64,000 nucleotides of DNA from an archaeon (GTDB lineage: Archaea; Nanobdellota; Nanobdellia; Pacearchaeales; GW2011-AR1), in contig JABHZE010000006.1 of assembly GCA_018653485.1 (NCBI GenBank), positions 132,491-196,490 on the forward strand. The letters are read 5' to 3'. A program made the translations under genes and the position numbers. Of this stretch, positions 8,226-15,848 are shown piece by piece. Positions within the stretch are counted from its first letter, which is position 1; each line of letters opens with the position of its first letter. Under the pieces are notes generated by a model. That model made no database searches. It had not been told where the DNA came from and saw only the letters and a program-made list of their open reading frames with translations.

Positions 8226-9469
8226 AACCATTGAGTGAGTCTTCTTTGTTTATTATGTTCTTTGAGAAGAATTGATTTGTTTGTGAAAATTTCTATATTT
8301 GTTTTAAGTCTTGTTTGCATTTTGTTTATGGCTTCTTTAATTGTGTTGAATTTTTCAGGTTGTGTTTTAAATGCTTCTCTAGAGATTTCCCTTAAAATCC
8401 CTACCCCTAATGGAGCATAATACTCTGGACGAACTTCTCTAAAAAATATTGCTGTTGCTTGTTTTTTTATTTTTTCTAAGTATTCACAGAAAGCTACCTT
8501 ATTAGCATAATATGCCCCTGTTACATTATCTGCATATTTCTTTCTACCTTTAAAGAATTCATAATCTTGCATTACTTCTGGTATGTGGTGAGGATTCCAT
8601 AATGAGCCTTTCATTTCTAGTTCTAATACTTCAAATGAGAAGAAATCTGGAAGAAGTAGTATTTCATAATGATTTCCATTGTATTCTGAATGAAATAATT
8701 GAATTTCATTTATTTCGGGATAGTATTTTATTTTTTTTGTTAGGTGTTTTGATAGAGTGTCATCTGTTGCAGTTATTGACCATCTTGTTGGAACAAGTCT
8801 TCTTTGAGTTTTTAATCCTAAAAGTCCTGCACTTAGTATTTTGCTGATATTACTTATAGGAATTTTAGAATCATAGAGTTCTTTCATGGAATTTACTGAT
8901 TTAGCATCTGTGTCATATACTAAGTAATCTACTTTTGGTTTAACTTTGGGATTTTCTTGTAATCTTGCATGTTCTAATGGTGCCGGATTTGCAATCATTG
9001 GGAGTCCTTTTTGCATTGTTAAATTTTTTCTAGGAGCTTTTTTAAGAAAGAATTCTGTTGAAACTGATTTGTAAGCCATACTTACTTCTTGCATTACACC
9101 TAAGAATTTGTCTGTTGTTTTTGCTTTTTTTATTTGTGTTTGAAATCTTCCATAAATTAGTTTAGAACGATTGGTTAAGATTTCTGAGATTGGTAATCTT
9201 TGTTTATGCCATATCTCATGGGAAGATAATTTTTGTATGTTTGACTCTTGTAATGTTTGAGGTTCATTAGAAGCATCTGGTGAGAGAATTCCAGCATTTA
9301 TATTGGGATAATTAAATCTTCCAACAAATATCTCTGGAGGTGAGTTTCCTGAAAAATGAGTTTTGGTTTTAGGGGTAAAATCCTTTATCTTTGAATAAAT
9401 TTTACAAGGCTTTCCACACCACCCTTTTCCTTTACATCTCAGACAGAGATTTGTTTCAAAAAGTTGCAT
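8222..9469 (-). CDS. nreA: NreA-like archaeal DNA repair protein with C-terminal PIP box
   Basis: N-terminal CLRCKGKGWCGKPC cluster typical of Nre proteins. C-terminus QRRLTQWF fits Qxx(L/I/M)xx(F/Y/W)(F/Y/W). Confidence 0.6.
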   Translation of the reverse strand: MQLFETNLCLRCKGKGWCGKPCKIYSKIKDFTPKTKTHFSGNSPPEIFVGRFNYPNINAGILSPDASNEPQTLQESNIQKLSSHEIWHKQRLPISEILTNRSKLIYGRFQTQIKKAKTTDKFLGVMQEVSMAYKSVSTEFFLKKAPRKNLTMQKGLPMIANPAPLEHARLQENPKVKPKVDYLVYDTDAKSVNSMKELYDSKIPISNISKILSAGLLGLKTQRRLVPTRWSITATDDTLSKHLTKKIKYYPEINEIQLFHSEYNGNHYEILLLPDFFSFEVLELEMKGSLWNPHHIPEVMQDYEFFKGRKKYADNVTGAYYANKVAFCEYLEKIKKQATAIFFREVRPEYYAPLGVGILREISREAFKTQPEKFNTIKEAINKMQTRLKTNIEIFTNKSILLKEHNKQRRLTQWF

Positions 9470-9532
9470 TTGCTAATAAAGTTGATAATGATTATAAGAA
9501 TTGTTGTGGTGTTGGATTGAAGATCAATATGC

Positions 9533-9604
9533 GGAAAATCTGAGAAGATAAATCTAACTCAGATTTTTAACTGTTTTGAAAATGTGTAAATTTTAGATTA
9601 TGTT
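9533..9604 (+). repeat. ~75-bp direct repeat, copy 1 (contains 10-bp inverted repeat)
   Basis: GGAAAATCTGAGAAGATAAATCTAACTCAGATTTT...GAAAATGTGTAAATTTTAGATTATGTT. Near-identical to 10549-10624. Confidence 0.7.
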
Positions 9605-9650
9605 TTGGAGTGGCAAGAGTTTTGGAGAGAGTTGTGAAGAACAGATAAAA

Positions 9651-9658
9651 TTTATAAA
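9651..9658 (+). promoter_or_regulatory. TATA box for antitoxin/toxin operon (leaderless spacing)
   Basis: TTTATAAA centred about 26 nt upstream of the ATG at 9680. Confidence 0.45.
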
Positions 9659-9679
9659 GTAAGGAATTCTTACTTATTT

Positions 9680-9940
9680 ATGGAAATAACAAAAATGAGT
9701 AGTAAGGGACAAATAGTTCTTCCAAGAGGAATTAGGGAGGGACTTCAATTAGAGGAGGGAAGTGTTTTGGCTGCAATAGAAAAAGATGGTTTATTAGTTT
9801 TGAAGAAAGTTGAAAATCCTATTCTTGAAAAAGATCTTGGAACATTGAAAATATTAGAAGAAGCTTGGAAAGAGATTGATGAGGGCAAATTTAAAAGAAT
9901 GGAGAGGGATGATTTTTTAAAAGAAATTAAAGAATGGTAG
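9680..9940 (+). CDS. AbrB/SpoVT-family antitoxin
   Basis: SSKGQIVLPRGIREGLQLEEGSVL swapped-hairpin motif. Overlaps the downstream toxin by 7 nt. Confidence 0.75.
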   Translation: MEITKMSSKGQIVLPRGIREGLQLEEGSVLAAIEKDGLLVLKKVENPILEKDLGTLKILEEAWKEIDEGKFKRMERDDFLKEIKEW

Positions 9941-10179
9941 AGATTATTTTTACTGAAAAATTCGAAAAAGAGGTTAGAAAATTAGATTCTTTTATTAAAC
10001 AAAAAATTGTTAAACAAATTGATAAGATTTCTTTTAATCCTGAAATCGGAAAACCTTTGAGATATAGTTTGAAAGGTGAAAGAACTGTTTATATTAAACC
10101 TTATAGGATTATTTATGGTTTTTATAATGAGATTATAACTTTTTTAAGGGTTGAACATAGAAAAAATGTTTATGTTTAA
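9934..10179 (+). CDS. RelE/ParE-family toxin
   Basis: 81 aa, FEKEVRKL...IVKQIDKI...PYRIIYGFYNEIITFLRVEHRKNVY pattern. Confidence 0.7.
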   Translation: MVEIIFTEKFEKEVRKLDSFIKQKIVKQIDKISFNPEIGKPLRYSLKGERTVYIKPYRIIYGFYNEIITFLRVEHRKNVYV

Positions 10180-10241
10180 CAAAGATAATAAATTCTAGGA
10201 ATATCTATAAGAAGTATTCTCTTTATGTTTCTATTCTGTTT

Positions 10242-10433
10242 TTAATCTCTTAGATCGCTTATTCCTAATAATAGAAATAGTAATCCTAGCATTATTACAA
10301 ACCATACAATTCCACCTTTAAGGAATGCAAGTGCTGCAACACCCCAAGATGCTAAATACATTCCTGGGAAAACTAGAACTATCGGTACTATTATAAAAAT
10401 AAGTCCTAATAAGATTTCTAACCACTTGTTCAT
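10242..10433 (-). CDS. Small two-TM membrane protein
   Basis: 63 aa, two hydrophobic segments. No family recognised. Confidence 0.4.
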   Translation of the reverse strand: MNKWLEILLGLIFIIVPIVLVFPGMYLASWGVAALAFLKGGIVWFVIMLGLLFLLLGISDLRD

Positions 10434-10548
10434 AGTTTAGAGATATGATTTTTGCTTATAAAGATTTCTGTGATGTTTTGTAATTGTTGTGGGAAGGGGT
10501 TTGGTGGTTTAGCAGGGTTTTGGGGTTTATGGTGTGTGGTTTGACTAA

Positions 10549-10624
10549 GGAAAATCTGGGAAGATAAATCTAACCCAGATTTTTTGACTATGTTGAAAAT
10601 GTGTAAATTATTTTAGATTATGTT
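10549..10624 (+). repeat. ~75-bp direct repeat, copy 2
   Basis: GGAAAATCTGGGAAGATAAATCTAACCCAGATTTT...GAAAATGTGTAAATTATTTTAGATTATGTT. Stem changed GAG/CTC to GGG/CCC relative to copy 1. Confidence 0.7.
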
Positions 10625-10834
10625 GGTGATATTGTGAGGTATTTGAAGAGGATATTGTGGTGGTTGGGGGATGTGAGATGATTAAATGAGATGTTTTGAT
10701 TGTCTTGAAAATTGTTAGGTTTGAGAGGTTAAGATTGAAAGAATTTATAAATGGAATTTACTTATTTTAGTTAATAATTTGTAGTGTAACAAGAATTTAG
10801 AAGGGAAATTAAGCATTTTCACTAAAAAATAAAG

Positions 10835-13800
10835 ATGGTGTATAAAAGATATATAAAAAGAGATGGGAAATTATGCGGGCCTTATTATTATGAGAGCTAT
10901 CGCGATGAAAATGGGAAGGTTGTTAGTAGGTATTTGAAAAATTATAAGCCTCCGCGAAATTATGATTTGTTGATTGTTCTTTTGGGAGTGTTTTTGATTT
11001 TGTTTTTGTTATTAGGTGTTGGAAATGCTAGTTATGTTTTGACTGGACATGTTATTGAAGAAGTTGAATTTGATGTTGAGGCTGTTAGTTCTGAGGATTT
11101 GGAGATTGCGGAGGGATTGGCGGATGAGGAAGTTGTTAGTGATGTTGATTTGATGAAAGAGGTTGATGTTGTTGTGAATAATGATTTGAAGGTTATTGAG
11201 TTTGAAGTTCCTGAAGGATTTATTGAGTTGGAATTTGATTTGTTGGATTATGGTGAGTGGGTTGATACATCTGATGAAGATGTTGTTGATGTTGGAGCAG
11301 AGATAGAGTTTGATGAAAGTTCTGAGAAATATAAGTGGGGTTATGATGTTGTTTTAACTGATTTAGAGTTTATGAGTAGGATTGATGTTAGTAGTGATGT
11401 TGAGATTGTTATTATTGATAATGAAACTTTGAAGATAGGGAGTAATTATTTGAGTTTTTCTGATTTAGTGGAGGAAGGTTATGTGGTGCGGGTGGGGGCG
11501 GGGGTTGTGTTGGGTGATGGTGGTGTGGTTAATGAGAGTGAAGATTTGAATGTTAGTGTTGAGGTTAATGAGAGTTTGGAGATTAATGATACTATAATTA
11601 TTGATGAAAGTAATATTACAATTGAGATTAATGAGAGTGTGGATGGTGTTTCAGAATTAAATAATTCTGAAGGCATGAATATTACTGAGGAAACCTCAGT
11701 TATTGGTAATGATGGTGTTGAGGAAGAGGTTAATGTAAGTATTGGGGAAGTTGTTGAAATAGGGATAAATGAATCTGAAGAAAGTGAAGAGATTGAGGAA
11801 GAAGAAATAGAAGAAGGGGAGATTGAGGAGGTTGAAGTTGTTGAGGGAGTTGATGTAGGAGTAGTTGGAAATGTTATTAAAGGAGTGGTTGGGTTTTTTA
11901 TTAGAGGAATAACAGGGTATGTTGTTGATGGTGGGGAGGTGAATAAGGTTTCGGTTTATGTTCAGAGGGATTTTGGGGGGAGAGGTTCAGAATTGGGTGA
12001 GAATGAAAAATATTATGAGGTTGGGGATGTGATAACATTAGATCCTCTTTTGATAAGAATTGCAGGAGGAACTGCAACAAATGGGACTATTGTTTATCAG
12101 TGTGGGACTATAAATGAGAGTGGGGTTTATACTATGAATCAGAGTATTGTTAATAACAGTTTGAGTTTGCATTGTCTAAGGATTTTAACCTCTAATGTGA
12201 TTTTGAATTGTAATGGTTATTCAATATCTAGTACAAGTAATCGAGCAGGAGTCTATTCAAATAGTGCAAATACTACTGTTAAAAATTGCGATATTGATAT
12301 GGGTGAAGGTTATCTTGGGTTTGGAGTTTTTTTAGATGGGGCAGATAATTCTACTATTTTTAATAATACTTTAAATAATCAGTATAGTGGAATTGATACA
12401 GCAAGTTCTCCAGATAATTTAAATATAAGTTTGAATAACATTTCTAATACTTCTGATACTGCAATGGGATTAAGTGGAAATAATCATATTTTAAGAGATA
12501 ATATTGTAACTTTTAATGGATATTTAATTGTGGGAAATGTAGGAGGCATTGATTTAGGGGGAAATAATAATACTCTTATTAATAATACTATAAATTCCAA
12601 TAATCAGACTGGGATTATGATTGGAGGAGATTACAATGTTATCAATAACAACACTATTACCTATAATCAAAGATATGGGATTGAATTTGATGGTCGTCCG
12701 TTTCAAAATCAAATTTTAAATAATAATTTAAGTAATAATGATATTGCGGGAGCATTTATTTCTATAACTTCAAATACTGAATTGATAAATAACACTTTTT
12801 ATTCTAACAAACAAACTGGACTTTATGTAGATGGAAGTAATAATGTGACTATTGAAAATAATGATTTTTGGAATTGTAGTTCAGAGAATGATGTTTATAG
12901 TTGCATTAATGTTTCTGAAATTAATCTTCCTTATTATTCAAATGGTCCAAATGTTTTTTTAAATAATAAAATAAATTTAACTGAAGGCAGAGGTATTTAT
13001 GTTGTGGATAATGATAATCAGATTTTTAAAAATACTCATATTTATAATGTTGTTGGGAGTAATCTCCCCATTCAAATAGATTCAAATAGTGAAAATAATA
13101 GTTTTGTAAACATTACTTATGATTCAGGAGATGCAGAATCAGTTAGTTCTGGGGGAGAGTTTATTAGAAAATGGTATTTTAGTAGTTATGTTAATGATAG
13201 TAATGGGAATTCTATTGTTAATGCAGATGTAGTATTTTATGATATAAATAATATTTTAAGACATAATGTAACAACTAATTCAAGTGGGTGGATAAATAAT
13301 GTCGAAATTTCTGATTATATTGATATCGGAGGAACCAAATCTTATTATAGTAATTATACTATTTATGCGTATAATTCTACTCATGTAGGAAACATGACAT
13401 TTAATGTCACTCCAAATAATAATTCTTTAAATAATGTAATTACAATTTCTGAAGGAACTTTTGTTCCACCCATTTCTAATGTTACTATTTGTAGAAATTT
13501 AGATATAGCAAATACTCTTTATAATCAGACTGCTAATATTGTTCAAAATCAAAATCAAAATTGCATTGTTATTACTGCACCAAATATTACTTTTGATTGT
13601 AAGGGTTATAGTATTACTAGTGCGTTTAGTAAAACTGGGATTTATTCAAATCAAGATAATACTATTATTAAAAATTGTAATGTAAGTATGGGCAATAGTG
13701 TTCTTGGAATTGGTATTGAGATTTCTCTAGCAAATAATGTTAGTATAATGAATAATACTCTTGATTCTCAAAATTATGGATTGCAACTTCATTTAACTAC

Positions 13801-15793
13801 AAATTCTATAATTCAAAATAATACTGCTAATTCTAATGTTGGAGGATTCTTTTTTAATGGTGCTACAAATAATTCCTTATTAAATAATATCGCTAATTCT
13901 AATTCTGTTGGTTTTTCGATACGTTATGGGGCAGATAATAATACCTTAGTAAATAGCACTGCTAATTTAAACACAAAAGGTTTTTTTCTTACTTCTTCAG
14001 ATAATAATACTTTAGTTAATAGTACTGCTAATTCAAATTCAGAATATGGAATTCGATTAGAATCTTGTAATTCCAATGTTTTTGAAAATAACACTGTAAA
14101 TTCAAATACTTTAGATGGGATAAATATTGAAATTGGAGATAATAATACTATTTCGAATAATTTAATTTCTAGTAATTCAGATGATGGAATTGTGATTGAA
14201 CAAGGAAATAATAATAATGTTTCAAATAATCAAATAATTGATAATTCTGATTCAGGGATTTTACTTCGAACAAGTTCTACTAATAATTATTTTGCAAATA
14301 ATAATATTTCTGATTCTGGAAATTATGATGTGAGAAGTAGAACTTCTTCGGAAAATAACACTTTTGTTAATTGCAGTTATGATCTTTCTAAGGAGGAAGT
14401 TGAGAGTGGAACTTATCTTACTCGTAAATGGTATTATCGTGCATATGTTGTGGATAATCAATCAACAGAAATGGAAAATGCTAGTGTGCTTGCATATAAT
14501 AGAACTGGGCAGTTGACTATGAATATTACTACTAATGCAAGTGGTTGGACTTCAATTGGACAAATAGTTGATTATATTAATGTTGGAGGGGTTCGTAATT
14601 ATTATAGTGATTATATTACTGCTGCAAATGCGAATAAAACTTTATGGGATTCCCATAATTATAATGTAACTTCTAGTCAAAATAATCTCAATGATAGTTT
14701 TATTGTTGAATTAGATGCAACGCCTCCTAACGTGAGCGGAGCGGTTTGGACTTCGACTTATTCAGGTGTTTGGATAAATTGGACAACAGATGAAGGAAGT
14801 AATTCTAGTGTTACTTATTGGGCAAGTCCGCCTCAGACTACGGGTGATGATGGTTATGTTCTTAATCATGCAATTCAGTTAACTGAATTAGGTTCAAATA
14901 AGTTATATAATTATTATTATACAAGTTGTGATTTTGCAGGGAATTGTCAAGATTCTAATACTTATAATTTTACAACTGCTCCGGAGCCAGGAATAATTGT
15001 GGGAGGAAGTAGTGGAATATTTACTGATTGTATTTCTAATATTCAATGTAGTTTGTGTGAAGGTGGAGCGAGGTTTTGTTTTGATGATAATTCTTGCGGG
15101 GGAGAGGGTTATGTGGAAAGTTGTGGGGGAGAGATTATTGAATCTACAGGTATTGAATTCGAGAGTCCAAAAAGTAAAGGGGCTGGAGTAGGGTGTGTTC
15201 CTAGTTGGAGTTGTGATGAATGGAGTAGGTGTAATGCAGTTTATAATTTAGATGAGATTGCAGAGAATAAGGTTTTGTTAGAAGGTGAGCAAACTAGAAG
15301 TTGTAGTGATGGGAATAATTGTTTTTTTGATAGGATAGAGAGGATTGGTTGTGATACTAAGATTCCAATTGTTGCTAAGCAAGTTGAGAAATGTTTTAGT
15401 GAGTTTATGGAGATTTATGATTTGAATGATACTTTAATTGCAAGATTGCAATTAATTGATGGAGTTTATGAAAAGTTGAATATTCAGATGTTATTTGATG
15501 AGGTAGGTTATTGTCCTTATTGTTATGATGGGGAAAAGAATTTTGATGAAGATGAAGTTGATTGTAATTATGGTAGTGAAGGGAGTTGTCCTGCTTGTAG
15601 TGTGGAGTATCCAATTAGAGGAGATTATGGTTTATGGATTTTAATTGGATTGAGTGGTGTATTTGTAGTTGTTGTAATTTGGTATTTGTGGTTGGTTAGA
15701 AAAAGAAGAAGAATAAAAAGTTTGAGAAGTTTGTCTAAGTTAAGGGTTTGGGGGAGGGGGCATCATGGAGGGAGAAAGCGTAGGAGAAAATAA
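10835..15793 (+). CDS. Giant (1652 aa) surface protein: acidic region, two right-handed parallel beta-helix (PbH1/NosD-like) modules, Cys-rich region, C-terminal TM and polybasic tail
   Basis: N-terminal signal-anchor. ~22-aa N/S/G/I repeats (NNTxxxNxxxGIxL). Very many N-x-S/T sequons. C-terminal LWILIGLSGVFVVVVIWYLWLV followed by RKRRRIK...GRKRRRK. Confidence 0.8.
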   Translation: MVYKRYIKRDGKLCGPYYYESYRDENGKVVSRYLKNYKPPRNYDLLIVLLGVFLILFLLLGVGNASYVLTGHVIEEVEFDVEAVSSEDLEIAEGLADEEVVSDVDLMKEVDVVVNNDLKVIEFEVPEGFIELEFDLLDYGEWVDTSDEDVVDVGAEIEFDESSEKYKWGYDVVLTDLEFMSRIDVSSDVEIVIIDNETLKIGSNYLSFSDLVEEGYVVRVGAGVVLGDGGVVNESEDLNVSVEVNESLEINDTIIIDESNITIEINESVDGVSELNNSEGMNITEETSVIGNDGVEEEVNVSIGEVVEIGINESEESEEIEEEEIEEGEIEEVEVVEGVDVGVVGNVIKGVVGFFIRGITGYVVDGGEVNKVSVYVQRDFGGRGSELGENEKYYEVGDVITLDPLLIRIAGGTATNGTIVYQCGTINESGVYTMNQSIVNNSLSLHCLRILTSNVILNCNGYSISSTSNRAGVYSNSANTTVKNCDIDMGEGYLGFGVFLDGADNSTIFNNTLNNQYSGIDTASSPDNLNISLNNISNTSDTAMGLSGNNHILRDNIVTFNGYLIVGNVGGIDLGGNNNTLINNTINSNNQTGIMIGGDYNVINNNTITYNQRYGIEFDGRPFQNQILNNNLSNNDIAGAFISITSNTELINNTFYSNKQTGLYVDGSNNVTIENNDFWNCSSENDVYSCINVSEINLPYYSNGPNVFLNNKINLTEGRGIYVVDNDNQIFKNTHIYNVVGSNLPIQIDSNSENNSFVNITYDSGDAESVSSGGEFIRKWYFSSYVNDSNGNSIVNADVVFYDINNILRHNVTTNSSGWINNVEISDYIDIGGTKSYYSNYTIYAYNSTHVGNMTFNVTPNNNSLNNVITISEGTFVPPISNVTICRNLDIANTLYNQTANIVQNQNQNCIVITAPNITFDCKGYSITSAFSKTGIYSNQDNTIIKNCNVSMGNSVLGIGIEISLANNVSIMNNTLDSQNYGLQLHLTTNSIIQNNTANSNVGGFFFNGATNNSLLNNIANSNSVGFSIRYGADNNTLVNSTANLNTKGFFLTSSDNNTLVNSTANSNSEYGIRLESCNSNVFENNTVNSNTLDGINIEIGDNNTISNNLISSNSDDGIVIEQGNNNNVSNNQIIDNSDSGILLRTSSTNNYFANNNISDSGNYDVRSRTSSENNTFVNCSYDLSKEEVESGTYLTRKWYYRAYVVDNQSTEMENASVLAYNRTGQLTMNITTNASGWTSIGQIVDYINVGGVRNYYSDYITAANANKTLWDSHNYNVTSSQNNLNDSFIVELDATPPNVSGAVWTSTYSGVWINWTTDEGSNSSVTYWASPPQTTGDDGYVLNHAIQLTELGSNKLYNYYYTSCDFAGNCQDSNTYNFTTAPEPGIIVGGSSGIFTDCISNIQCSLCEGGARFCFDDNSCGGEGYVESCGGEIIESTGIEFESPKSKGAGVGCVPSWSCDEWSRCNAVYNLDEIAENKVLLEGEQTRSCSDGNNCFFDRIERIGCDTKIPIVAKQVEKCFSEFMEIYDLNDTLIARLQLIDGVYEKLNIQMLFDEVGYCPYCYDGEKNFDEDEVDCNYGSEGSCPACSVEYPIRGDYGLWILIGLSGVFVVVVIWYLWLVRKRRRIKSLRSLSKLRVWGRGHHGGRKRRRK

Positions 15794-15848
15794 TCTATAT
15801 CCTGAAGTATATTAATATTTAAAAAGAGAATGTTTTTATTATGAGAGG

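Noticed and set aside
13700-14330. Regular ~66-nt periodicity, considered as a possible CRISPR or satellite array
   Set aside because: The periodicity lies in-frame within a long ORF and encodes 22-aa PbH1 beta-helix repeats. There is no repeat-spacer structure and there are no cas genes.
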